Assembly: GCA_963701965.1 (NCBI GenBank)
Contig: OY969695.1
Coordinates: 2,816,001 to 2,880,000, forward strand
Direction of reading: 5' to 3'
Length of the DNA stretch: 64,000 bases
From: an uncultured Gemmatimonadales bacterium
Lineage (GTDB): Bacteria > Gemmatimonadota > Gemmatimonadetes > Gemmatimonadales > Gemmatimonadaceae
Positions within the stretch are counted from its first letter, which is position 1; each line of letters starts with the position of its first letter. Of this stretch, positions 9,840-21,100 are shown in pieces. Made by a program: the position numbers and the translations under genes. The notes under the pieces were generated by a model. That model searched no databases. It saw only the letters and a program-made list of their open reading frames with translations, and was not told where the DNA came from.

Positions 9840-11873
9840 CTATCGGGTGCTGACGCACCCGTAAGGCACGGCCGTCCCGCCCGCGCGCCAGCGATCGAGC
9901 GCGCCGCCGGATGGCGCCTCGGCGGCGCCGGCATCGAACGCCGCCCGGATGACCGAGTCGCGCGACCGCCGCGCATCGGCGCTCAACGTATCGGGTTCGG
10001 CTTCGCCCGACGCCCGCGCCAGCGCGATGTCGGCCGCGATCTGCGTGGTGTCGTAGTGCGCGAACCGGACGGTATCCTGCCGCCGCAGGTCGGCGAGCAG
10101 CCCCGGGTCGAACAAGGCCTCGACGTGTCGCGCGGCCAGTATCTGCCGCGCCGTCAACCCATACGCGCCCCGGAAGTCGGCCCCATCGAGATCGGCGCCT
10201 ATGAACGTGGCGCGCTGCACCCGCGCCTTCTTGAACGTCGCGCCTTGCAGCATCGCGTCGTCGAACGACGCGCCGCGCACGTCGGCGCCCCACAGCCGGG
10301 CGTCGCGCAGGTTGGCGGCGGCGAACATCGTGCGCTGGCAATACAACGTGTCGGCGTGCTTGACGCCGGCCACCGCGTACGACCGCTCGGCCGTGGGAAT
10401 CGCCTTGGCGCGCGCCTTCCGGAGATCGGTGTTGAACAAGAGCGCGCCGACGAAGCTCGCACCCCCGATGTTCGTGCCGCGGAGATCGGCCGACCAGAGA
10501 TCGGCCCCGAGGAGATCGGTCGTGCGCAGATCGGCCAGCGCGAGGAACGCCCGCTCGGCCGCCGCGAACCGGAGGTTCGTGCCGACCAAACGCGCGCCCG
10601 AGGCCTTGGGGTCGGCGTTCGTCTCGCCCGTATCGGCCGCCGTCGGCCCCGTCGTCAGGCGCGTCGAGATTTCGCTCTCGGCCAACTGCGCCGTGGGATT
10701 CACGCCCGCCCGCGCGAGCAGATCGGGCACCAGCGCGCTGAAGGCCGGCACGTGGGCCAGGCTGATCGTCGCCGGCCGGACATCCGCCACCTGATCGGTG
10801 AGCGTTCCCGTGTCGCGTCCCCGATAGACGCCGTTGATCCCGTAGTACGACGCCACGCCGAAGACCAACGGTACCAGCACGGCGACGACGATGGCCGGGA
10901 TATAGGGACGCAGTGGTTGCGAGGACGGTGGCCGCCACCGCACGGGCAGGGTGAGGCTGGCCAGCGTGAGGAATCCCGCCGCCGCCGCGCACCCCACGCT
11001 GAGGGCCGCCACCTGGAGCACCGTGACCGGCCAATGATGCCGGTGCAGATAGCGCATCCAGAACCATCCCACGGTGACGGGCACGATCCACCACCCGACG
11101 ATCACCCAGAGCCAGGACTGCACGCGGTCGAGCAGGCCAATCTGGCGCTGATCGCCGACGCGCGACGCGGCCCAGGCGCCGAAGATCCACGTGCTGGCCC
11201 GGTCCGCCATCGCCGTCGCGTCCGGCAGTACGGCCGGCGCGGCGGCCACGGACGCCCAGACGCGCTGCGCTTGGAGCATGACCACGAGCGCGATGCCCAC
11301 GAGCGCCACCGGCACGAGGGCGTAAAAGTTCACGATCGGGATGTCCGCGTTCAGGATCGGCAGCTTGGACGTCGATGTGTCCGTGAGCAACTTCGCGTCG
11401 GCCGTCGAATTGATCGTCAACCACGAGAACACGCAGACGAGGAGGAGCGTCAAAAAGATCTTGCCCGTCGTCTGCGCGATCTCGTTGGCCGTGTCGAACG
11501 CGCCAAACCGGACGCTGCCCGGCAACGTCGCGCCGGCGAGATCCGCGCGGGCGAACTGGGTGCCGACGACGCCCGAGGCGCCCGTGAAATCGGCGTGCTG
11601 CAGACGCGCCCAGGCGAAATTGGCGCCCATGAGGTTCGCGTTACGCAGCTTGGCGCCAGTGAGGACGGCGTTCGTGAAATCGACGCCTCGAAGGTCGGCC
11701 CCACTCAAGTCGGCGCCGCTCAGGTCCGCGTCGGGGCCCAGGCTCGTCTTGCGCCAGTCCTTGGTCGTCTTGAGCTCACTGGCGAGAGTACTCGCATCGA
11801 TTTTCGGTGCCGCGTCGGCCAACACCGGCGGCCGGGCTGGCACCGCCCGTTCCGGCGTGATCTCGGTCTCCAT
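9840..11873 (-). CDS. Pentapeptide-repeat membrane protein
   Basis: A(D/N)L(S/R)G repeats at the N- and C-termini, separated by about five hydrophobic helices. Confidence 0.9.
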   Translation of the reverse strand: METEITPERAVPARPPVLADAAPKIDASTLASELKTTKDWRKTSLGPDADLSGADLSGADLRGVDFTNAVLTGAKLRNANLMGANFAWARLQHADFTGASGVVGTQFARADLAGATLPGSVRFGAFDTANEIAQTTGKIFLTLLLVCVFSWLTINSTADAKLLTDTSTSKLPILNADIPIVNFYALVPVALVGIALVVMLQAQRVWASVAAAPAVLPDATAMADRASTWIFGAWAASRVGDQRQIGLLDRVQSWLWVIVGWWIVPVTVGWFWMRYLHRHHWPVTVLQVAALSVGCAAAAGFLTLASLTLPVRWRPPSSQPLRPYIPAIVVAVLVPLVFGVASYYGINGVYRGRDTGTLTDQVADVRPATISLAHVPAFSALVPDLLARAGVNPTAQLAESEISTRLTTGPTAADTGETNADPKASGARLVGTNLRFAAAERAFLALADLRTTDLLGADLWSADLRGTNIGGASFVGALLFNTDLRKARAKAIPTAERSYAVAGVKHADTLYCQRTMFAAANLRDARLWGADVRGASFDDAMLQGATFKKARVQRATFIGADLDGADFRGAYGLTARQILAARHVEALFDPGLLADLRRQDTVRFAHYDTTQIAADIALARASGEAEPDTLSADARRSRDSVIRAAFDAGAAEAPSGGALDRWRAGGTAVPYGCVSTR

Positions 11874-11881
11874 GCCCCAAT

Positions 11882-12550
11882 CTATGGCACTGTCTGGATG
11901 ACGTCGTCATACAGCTGGGCGATGCCCGGCCAGACGCGGTCGGCGCCGGCTTGGCGCAGCGCCGACTCCGAATATCCCCCACTTTGGACCGCAAAAGCAG
12001 CAACGCCGGCCCCTTTCGCGGCCAGGATGTCGTAGGGGGTATCCCCCACGTACGCGCAGCACGCGGCGGACGCGTCCAGCAGCCGGACGGCCAGCAGAAT
12101 CGCGTCGGGCGCCGGTTTGCTCACGGGGACCATCTCGGCCGTCACGACCACGTCGGCCACCGCCGCCGCGTCCAGTCCGACCAACGCCAGGACGGCGTCG
12201 AGCGCCCGGCGCGGACTGGACGTGGCCAAAGCGGTGCGGATGCCGCGCGCGCGGAGAGCGGCGAACAGCTCCCGGACCATCGGGAAGAGCGCGATCGGGA
12301 GCGTTGCCAAGCGCTCCAGGTAGATCGACCCGGCCCGGCCCCGGATGGTCGCGCCGTGCTCGGCCGACAGGGCCGGTCCCAGAATCGACGGGACGACGCG
12401 GTCGCCGCCCTGCCCGACCTCCATGGCGATCCGGTATGTCGGGATCGCGAATCCCGAGGCCGCGAACGCCTGGCGCCAGGCCTCGACGTGCGCCGCGTTC
12501 GTGTCGACAAGCGTGCCGTCGACATCGAAGATCAGGGCATCGCGCTGCAT
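11882..12550 (-). CDS. HAD-family hydrolase/phosphatase
   Basis: DVDGTLVDT (motif I), ATSS (II), SKPAPD (III) and VGDTPYD (IV). Start placed at MQRDALIF; an alternative ATG lies at 12562. Confidence 0.9.
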   Translation of the reverse strand: MQRDALIFDVDGTLVDTNAAHVEAWRQAFAASGFAIPTYRIAMEVGQGGDRVVPSILGPALSAEHGATIRGRAGSIYLERLATLPIALFPMVRELFAALRARGIRTALATSSPRRALDAVLALVGLDAAAVADVVVTAEMVPVSKPAPDAILLAVRLLDASAACCAYVGDTPYDILAAKGAGVAAFAVQSGGYSESALRQAGADRVWPGIAQLYDDVIQTVP

Positions 12551-12560
12551 ATTATCGCCC

Positions 12561-13361
12561 ATGCGCCTCGCCCCCGTGACACCGGGCAGCCGTGTCCGCC
12601 TCCGGTCCTCGGATGCCCGGCCGCCCGCCAACATTCCTCACGATCTCGAGGGAGCGACGAAGCCCATCCTCAAGCGGCTGAACGAGCTGCAGGAGGCCCT
12701 CTACGCCGAGTCGAAACGCGCGTTGTTGATTGTGCTGCAGGGGACGGACGCGTCGGGAAAGGATGGCACGATCCAGCACATCTTCAATGCCTTCAACCCG
12801 CAGGGCGTCCGGATCGCGGACTTCAAGGCGCCGGCCGGCGAGGAGGTGACGCACGATTATCTCTGGCGCGTGCACCGCGCGGTGCCGCCGCGGGGCATGG
12901 TGGGGGTGTTCAACCGGTCGCAGTACGAGGACATCCTGGTGCCGAGGGTCCACCATCTCCTGCCGCGGGTGATCTGGGCCAAACGCTATCACCAAATCAA
13001 CGAATTCGAGCGCATACTCGCGGAGAACGGCGTCACGATCGTGAAGCTGTTCCTCCACATCTCCCGGGCCGAACAGGCCCGCAGGCTCAGAGCTCGGGCG
13101 ACGGACGAAAAGAAGAATTGGAAAATCTCTCCTTCCGATGTGAAGGAGCGTCTCTACTGGCACGAATACACCCGTGCCTACCAGGACGTTCTCTCCAAGT
13201 GCAGCACGCCCTGGGCCCCATGGCACGTCATTCCGGCCGACGATAAAGAGGCCCGAAATTACTTGGTGGCGTGCGTGTTGCTTGCCGTGCTGCAACGCAT
13301 GGGTCCCACCTTCCCTCCGGCGGACCCTAAACTCGTGGCCCGGGTCAAACGGTTGAGGTGA
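12561..13361 (+). CDS. ppk2: Polyphosphate kinase 2 family (class III-like polyphosphate:nucleotide phosphotransferase)
   Basis: LQGTDASGKDG Walker A, HDYLWR, FNRSQYEDIL, KLFLHIS, KNWKIS and APWHVIPADDK. Start placed at MRLAP. Confidence 0.92.
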   Translation: MRLAPVTPGSRVRLRSSDARPPANIPHDLEGATKPILKRLNELQEALYAESKRALLIVLQGTDASGKDGTIQHIFNAFNPQGVRIADFKAPAGEEVTHDYLWRVHRAVPPRGMVGVFNRSQYEDILVPRVHHLLPRVIWAKRYHQINEFERILAENGVTIVKLFLHISRAEQARRLRARATDEKKNWKISPSDVKERLYWHEYTRAYQDVLSKCSTPWAPWHVIPADDKEARNYLVACVLLAVLQRMGPTFPPADPKLVARVKRLR

Positions 13362-13390
13362 CAGATGCGGGTCAGAGCTAGATTTCGCCC

Positions 13391-13874
13391 ATGGACGTGA
13401 CATCACGAGCGATCCCGTTGCTCGCCGGGTGCTTGGCGGCCGGAACGATCGTGCTGGGCCAGGTGCGGCCAATCATCTGGTCGGCGGTGTCGCCGGCCGG
13501 ACGCCTGACGCCCGGCAGTACCGTGTCCATTGCCCTCACGGCGAAAATCGATGACGGATGGCATTCTGTATTCGACGACGCAGCCTCCCGGCGGTCCGGT
13601 GCCGACCCGTATCGTGGTCGTTGCGTCGCCCGTATTCGCGGCCGCCGGCGCGGTCACGTTTCCGAAACCTGCCGTCACCCCGGACCCGAACTTCGGCATC
13701 AACGTCGAGACGTATGACCGGGCGGTCACGTTCACGGTGCCGGTCCGGATCGCGCCCGATGCCAAGCCCGGTGTCGACACCCTGTCGATCCAGGCCAAGT
13801 TCCAAAGCTGCAACGCGACGCTGTGCCTCCCGCCGCGGACGCAGGCGGTCGCCGTGCCGCTGACGATCAAATGA
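13391..13874 (+). CDS. DsbD N-terminal Ig-like domain protein (apparent +1 frameshift at 13565)
   Basis: Signal peptide and KIDDGWH in one frame join LYSTTQPPGGP...FQSCNATLCLPP (CxxxxC) in the next. Removing one T gives 160 aa. Confidence 0.85.
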
Positions 13875-15139
13875 CGGCGCACTTCGTCTGGCTGGCGATC
13901 ACCGCCGGTGCCGTGTCGTTGCTCACGCCGTGCGTGTTCCCCATGATCCCGCTCACGGTGACCTACTTCGCGAGCCAGGGCACGATGCACCGCCGCGACG
14001 CGGTGGGCTCCGCCCTGCTCTTTGGGCTGGCGATCGTGGCGTCGTTCACCGCCCTCGGTCTCGCGCTCTCGCTGGTCGTCGGAGCCACCGGTGCCGCCCG
14101 GTTCGCGACGAACCCGATCGTGAACCTGGCGCTGGCCGCGCTGTTCGTGGCGTTCGCGCTCAATCTCTTCGGGGTCTTCGAGATCGTCATTCCCGGCCGC
14201 GCGCTGACGGCCCTCGATGCGGCCGCCCGCCAGCGTGAAGCCGCCGGCGCCCGGATCGCGGGCGCCCTGCTCATGGGCGTCACGTTTTCGCTGACGTCGT
14301 TCACGTGCACGGCGCCTTTCATCGGGACGGTGCTGGTGACGGCGGCGACCGGCGCCTGGAAACAGCCGGCGATCGGGATGCTGGCGTATGCGACGGTCTT
14401 CGCGCTGCCGTTCTTCCTGCTGGCGCTCGTGCCGCACTGGGCGCTCCGGCTGCCGCGCGGCGGCAAATGGCTGGTGTCCGTCAAGGTCCTGATGGGCCTC
14501 GTGGAGCTCGCCGCCGCGTTCAAGTTTCTGTCGAACGCGGACTTAGTCTGGCACTGGGGCATCTTCTCGCGGGATGTCGTCCTCGCCTCGTGGATCGTCC
14601 TCGCGGGAAGCGGGGTCGTCTACCTCCTCGCAACCGGCTCAGGCAGCTTTGGCCGGTTAGTCACGACGGCGGTCGCGGGTGGGGTCGGGGTCTGGCTATG
14701 CACGGGACTCGCCGGCCGCCCGCTCGGCGGCCTGGAAGCCTTTCTGCCACCGATGGCCAAGTCCGCCCGGTTTCTCAATTGGCAGATGAATAACTTGCCT
14801 GCAGCGCTGGCGGCTGCGCAGACGTCGTCCAAGCCCGTCTTTATTGATTTTACCGGTTACACCTGCACGAACTGTCGCTGGATGGAGGCGAACATTTTTT
14901 CGCGGCCTGACGTCGAGGCTACCCTCTCGAAGTTCGAGCTGGCGCGGTTGTTCACTGACGGCGACGGACCGATCTACGTGAAGCAGCAGGCGTATCAGGA
15001 ATCGCGGTTCAACACCGTCGCGTTGCCGCTGTATGTCGTCATGTCCTCCGATGGACGCACGCTGGGCACGTACGCGGGTCTGGTCCGCGACCCGGCGGTC
15101 TTCGTTGCGTTCCTGGAGAAGAGCATCCAGGCACAGTAG
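13871..15139 (+). CDS. dsbD: DsbD/CcdA transmembrane domain fused to a thioredoxin-like domain
   Basis: SLLTPCVFPMIP, SFTCTAPFIG, LPRGGKWL and FIDFTGYTCTNCRWME. ATGA overlap with the upstream gene. Confidence 0.9.
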   Translation: MTAHFVWLAITAGAVSLLTPCVFPMIPLTVTYFASQGTMHRRDAVGSALLFGLAIVASFTALGLALSLVVGATGAARFATNPIVNLALAALFVAFALNLFGVFEIVIPGRALTALDAAARQREAAGARIAGALLMGVTFSLTSFTCTAPFIGTVLVTAATGAWKQPAIGMLAYATVFALPFFLLALVPHWALRLPRGGKWLVSVKVLMGLVELAAAFKFLSNADLVWHWGIFSRDVVLASWIVLAGSGVVYLLATGSGSFGRLVTTAVAGGVGVWLCTGLAGRPLGGLEAFLPPMAKSARFLNWQMNNLPAALAAAQTSSKPVFIDFTGYTCTNCRWMEANIFSRPDVEATLSKFELARLFTDGDGPIYVKQQAYQESRFNTVALPLYVVMSSDGRTLGTYAGLVRDPAVFVAFLEKSIQAQ

Positions 15140-15142
15140 GAT

Positions 15143-18100
15143 ATGGCGACGGTCGTGCCTCCGCCCCCGCGTCCCCCCGGTTGGGCGGGCCTCTTCGCGC
15201 GGCTCTCCGCCCGGACCGCCGGAGCGCGCGACGGGGTCGGCCCGGATCGTTTCGCGGGGCCGATCCGCGGCGAGCTGCTGGGCACCGAGGGACTCGCCGA
15301 ACATGCGCGCGCGCTGGCCCGGCAGCAGCGGGTGCTGCCCCAGGTGGGACGGGGCCCCCGCCAGCGCGGTCAGGGCCCGCTCCTCGCGCGTCTCGACGAC
15401 ACCCGGCGATTGCTGGAATCGGCGCGGGCGCAAATCGACGCCGCCGCGGAGCGGGGTGTCGATATCAGTCCCGCCGGCGAATGGCTCCTCGACAACTTCT
15501 ACGTGGTGCAGGAGCACATTCGCGAAGTGCGCGCCAGCATGCCGCGCACCTACTATCGCGAATTGCCGAAGCTGGCCGCCGGGGCCCTCGCGGGATACCC
15601 GCGCATCTACGAAGTCGCGATCGAGCTGATCGCCCATACCGAGGGGTACATCAAGCTCGAGAACATCGAGCTGTACGTGCGCGAGTTCCAGCGCGGCGCC
15701 ACGCTCACCACCGGCGAGCTGTGGGCCATGCCCACGATGCTGCGCTTGGGGCTCATCGAGAACATCCGCCGCATGTCGCTGCGCGTGGTGCAGCGGCTGG
15801 ACGAGTTGGACGCGGCGGACCGGTGGGCCAAGCGCTTGCGCGAGGCCACCGAGGGCGGCGCCCAGAGCCTGTCCGCCGTGATGGCCGCGTTCGTGAACGA
15901 GCATCCGCCGCTCACGCCGTCGTTCGTGTCGCGGTTCCTGCAACAGATCCGGTCCTATCAGTCGAACTTCACGGCGCTCCGCTGGCTGGAGCAATGGATC
16001 GCCGAGGACGGTCTCAACGCCGAAGACGCCGTCTCCCGGTCGAACCAACGGTTGGCGTTGACGCAGGTGGTGATGGCCAACAGCATCACCAGCCTGCGCA
16101 CCATCGCCCGGCTCGACTGGTCGACGTGGGTCGAGTCGATGAACGCCGTCGAGACGTTGCTGCGGCAAGACCCCGCCGGCACGTACCGCGCGATGACGTT
16201 CGAATCGCGCGACCTGTATCGGCACGTCGTCGAAGAGATCGCCAAGCGGACGGGCGCGAGCGAAGTCGACATCGCGGAGCGCGCGCTCGATCTGGCGCGT
16301 CGCGCGGATGACATTCCGGGGGTCGACGTGCGGCTCACCCACGTCGGCTACTATCTGGTCGATGATGGCGTGCGGGAGTTGGAGCGGGTCGTCGCGTACA
16401 CCCCACCGTGGCGCGAGGAGCTGTATCAGTGGATCCTCGCCCATCCCAACCCGGTCTATTTCGGGAGTCTCGGGGTCACGACGGCGCTGTTGCTGGCCGT
16501 CGCCTTCATCGGCATCCGGCAGGTGACCCTCGGCGGCTTTCTCGCCGTCGTGCTCTTGGGGATGATCCCGGCCAGCGAGATCGCGATCAGCATCGTGCAC
16601 CAGCTGGTGACGATGCTGCTCAAGCCGCGGATCATGCCCAAGCTCGACTTCGAGGAGGGCATTCCCGCCGCCTGCCGTACGGCGGTCGTCGTGCCGACGC
16701 TGCTCCCCAACCTGGAAACGGTCAAAGAGGCGCTCGAGCACCTCGAGGTGCAGTTTCTCGCCAATCGCGATCCGTCGCTCCATTTCGCCCTCCTCAGCGA
16801 TTTCACGGACGCGTCGACGGAGACGCGGGCCGGCGACGACGAGATCTTGGCCGCGGCGGTCGCCGGCATCCACGCGCTCAACGAGCGGTACCCCACCGAC
16901 CCCGCCGACGGGCGGGGCGATGCGTTCTATCTTTTTCATCGGTCGCGCCGCTGGAATCCCGCGCAGCGCGTGTGGATGGGGTGGGAGCGCAAGCGGGGCA
17001 AGCTCGCCGAGTTCAATCAATTCCTGCGCGGCGGCGCGTCGAGCGCGTTCACGACTATCATCGGGGACACGGCGCCCCTGGGTGACGTCCGGTACGTCAT
17101 TACCCTCGATTCCGACACCGTGATGCCGCGCGGCGCCGCGGCCCTGCTCGTCGGCGCCATGGCCCACCCCGTGAATCGCGCCGCGTTCGACCCGGCCAGT
17201 GGCCGCGTGGTCCGGGGCTATGGCATCCTGCAGCCGCGCATCGGTATCTCGTTGGAGAGCGCCAACCGCTCGCTGTTCGCCGCCATCGCGTCCGGGCGGC
17301 CCGGCGTCGACCCGTACACCACCGCGGTGTCCGACGTCTATCAGGACCTCTTCGCCGAGGGGAGCTTCACCGGCAAAGGCATCTACGACGTCGATGCCTT
17401 CGAGGAAGCGACCGCCAGCAAGTTCCCCGAGAACGCGCTGTTGTCGCACGACCTCATCGAGGGCACCTACGCGCGGGCGGCGCTCGTTACCGACGTCGAG
17501 CTCTACGACGACTATCCGACGCGGTACCTCACGTACACGCGGCGCAAGCACCGGTGGATCCGCGGCGACTGGCAGTTGCTGCCGTTCATCTGGCGACACA
17601 CCGTGTCGGCGATCTCCCAATGGAAGATCTACGACAACCTGCGCCGCAGCCTGGTCGAGATCGCGCAGCTGCTGTTGCTGGTCGCCGGCTGGACGGTGCT
17701 GCCCGGCGGACCGTTCCTGTGGACCGGTCTGGTGTTGGCGGGGATGTTCACGCCGTACGTCTTCTCGATCGTGCTGGCCCTCGTCACGCCGCCGCGCGAC
17801 CAGTCGTGGCGCGCGTATTACGTGGCGGTATGGCGCGACACGCGCGCCTCCATCGCCCAGTACGTGCTCCAGGTCACGTTCCTCCCCCACCAGGCCGCGG
17901 TCTCCGCCGATGCCATCGGGCGAACGCTGTGGCGGGTGTTCGTGACCCACCGGCGGATGTTGGAGTGGCAGACGGCGAGCCAAGTGGAGCGCGTGATGGC
18001 GGGCGGGTCGCAGCGCGAAGTGTGGCGCCGCATGGCGCCCGCGATCGTGCTGACGCTGACGCTGTTGGGCGTGGTGCTCGCGAACGGCGTCGAGCGGCCG

Positions 18101-21100
18101 CCGCAGGTCCGCTGGTGGTATCTCGCGGTCACGCTCCCCCTCATTGCGCTGTGGGGCGCCAGTCCGAGCATCGCCAATGCGCTGAGCGCGCCCGCGGTCC
18201 GGCGCGAACGGCGGCTGTCGGCGGCCGAGAGCGCCACGGCACTCCGGTACGCGCTCCTGCATTGGCATTTCTTTGATCGCTTCGTCACCGCCGATACGCA
18301 GTGGCTGGCCCCCGACAACTTTCAGGAGGACCCGAGTCCGGTCGTGGCGATGCGCACGTCGCCGACGAACATCGGTCTCCAGCTCTTGGGGCTCGTCTCC
18401 GCGTACGATCTGGGGTTCTTGTCGTCCGGCGCGCTGATCGATCGGCTGGAGTTGGTGTTCCGGACGCTGGAGCGCATGCCGCGCTTTCGCGGCCACTTCT
18501 ATAACTGGTACGATCTCCGCGACCTGCAGATCCTGGAGCCGGCGTACGTCTCCACGGTCGACAGCGGGAACCTGGCGGGCGATCTCCTGGCCTTGAAGCA
18601 AGCGTGCCTGAGCCTCGCCGATGAGCCGGTGGTCGACGCGCGCATCTCGGGATGCCCTGCAGACGGCGCTGGATCTGGCGGTGGGCAGTCTGCGGTCGCT
18701 GGCGTCCTCCGGCGACGTGGCCACCCCGAAGCAATGGCAGGCCGTCGTCGAAGCGGGCGAGCGCGTGCGCGCGGTGCTGCAGTCGCTCCTCCAGGCGCAG
18801 ACCGAGAAGACGGTGCAGAAGACGACGCTGCAAACGCTGGCCGAGCGGCTGCGCACCGCCGAGCGGATTCTCGTGGAGCGCGCTGACGATCTGGCCAACG
18901 GCGACCTCATGCCGGGGCGCGACTGGATCATCTGGAGCCGTCAATTGCTGGAGCGGTGGGCGGCCGACGTGAACGCCGTCGGCGATGGCGCGATGAGCCT
19001 GCGCCAGGCGGCGGCCACGTCGTCGCACGCGGCCGAGCAGGTGAAGCGGCTGGAGGCGCTGGCGGCGCGGGCCCACGAGTATGCGATGGAGATGGATTTC
19101 CGGTTTTTGTACGACGAGCGGCGGAAGCTCTTTTCCATCGGGTATCAAGCGGGCGCCGGCCAGCTCGATGCCTCACTCTACGATCTCCTGGCGTCGGAGG
19201 CGCGACTGGCGAGCTTCATCGCCATCGCCAAGCACGACGTGCAGGTCGAGCATTGGTTCAAGCTCGGGCGCGCCCTCACGATGACCGCCAGCGATACCGC
19301 GCTCATCTCGTGGAGCGGCAGCATGTTCGAGTACCTGATGCCGGCACTCGTGATGGAGTCCTTTCCGTTCACGTTGCTGGACCAGACCTACACCGGCGCC
19401 GTGCGACGGCAGATCGCCTACGGCGGCGAGCGCGGCGTGCCGTGGGGCGTCTCGGAGTCGGCGTACAACGCGCGGGACCGCAACCAGACGTACCAGTATC
19501 GGGCGTTCGGCGTCCCCGATCTGGCGCTCAAGCGGGGCTTGAGCAAGGACCTGGTGATCGCCCCGTACGCGACGATTCTGGCCCTGATGATCGAACCGCA
19601 CCACGCCATGCGCAATCTCGCCGCGCTGGAAAAAGAGGGCGCGCTTGGGCCCTTCGGGTTCCGCGACGCGGTCGACTTCACGCGCCCCGCGGTCGGCTCC
19701 AACCACGCGCTGGTCGGGTGCTACATGGCCCACCACGTCGGCATGAGCCTGGTGGCGCTCAACAACGCGCTGAGTCCCAACCGCTGGCCGCTGCGATTCC
19801 ACTCCGACCCCATAGTCAAGTCGGTGGAGCTGGTGCTCTACGAGCGCATTCCCCGGCGCTTCGTGCTGACCGAGGCGCAGACGGGCGAGGGCGATGAAGT
19901 GCCGCGGCGCCGGGGCTCGGAGAAGCCGGCGGCGCGCGCGCTCGACACGCCGCACACCCCCCAGCCGCGGATTACGCTCCTCGGCCACGCGCCGTACACG
20001 CTCATGGTCTCCAACGCCGGCAGCGGCTACGCGCGATTCGAGAACTATCAGGTCACGCGTTGGCGGAACGATGGGACCGTCGACCGGCACGGCCAGTGGT
20101 GCTACGTCCGCGACGTTGCGACATCCCGGCTGTGGTCGGCGGCGTTCCAGCCCGTGGCCGTGGAAGCCGACTGGTACCGGGCGACGTTCGCATCCGACCG
20201 GGCGACCTTTCAGCGCCGCGACGGCGACGTCGATACCCGTGTCGAGGTGACGGTGGTCCCCGATGATGCGGCCGAGGTGCGCCGCGTGACCGTGACCAAC
20301 AACGGGTCCACCACGCGCGAGATCGAGCTCACGTCCTACGGGGAGATCTCGCTGGCGCCGCCGGACGCCGACCGGTCGCACCCGGCCTTTCAGAACCTGT
20401 TCGTCGAGACGGAGTTCGTGTCGTCGCACGGCGCCATCCTCGCGACCCGGCGGCCGCGGTCGGCCGACGAACGCGTGCTGTGGTGCGTGCACGTGGCGGC
20501 GTCGGGGCCCGAACGCGTCGGCGCCGTGAGCTGCGAGACGGACCGGGCCCGGTTCGTGGGCCGCAACCGCACCACGCAGGACCCGGCGGCGATGGATGCC
20601 GACGGCGCGCTCTCGGGTACGACGGGCGCGGTGCTCGACCCGATCTTCTCGCTCCGGGTGCGGGTGCGGGTCGGCGCCGGCCAATCGGCGCGGGTGGCGT
20701 TCACGACGCTCGTCGCGCCCACGCGCGAGCGCGCGTTGGAGCTGGCCGATCGCTATCAGGATCCGTACAGCGCGCAGCGGGCGCTCGACCTCTCCTGGAT
20801 GCACGCGCAGGTCGAGCTGCGCGAGTTGGCCATCACGCCGGCCAATGCCGCGCTCTATCAAGAGCTCGCCGGCTATCTCCTGTTCTCCGACAAAGTGGTG
20901 CGTCTCCCGGTCGAAGAGCGGGAACCTCTCAAGCGCGGCATCGATGCGCTGTGGGCGCACGGGATCTCCGGCGACTGGCCGATCTTGCTCGCGGCCGTCG
21001 ACGCGGCCGCCGGCGTGGCCACCGTCAAGGAGCTGCTGCAGGCGCACCAATACTGGCGCCTCAAGGGCCTGACGGTGGATCTCGTGATTCTGAACACCAA

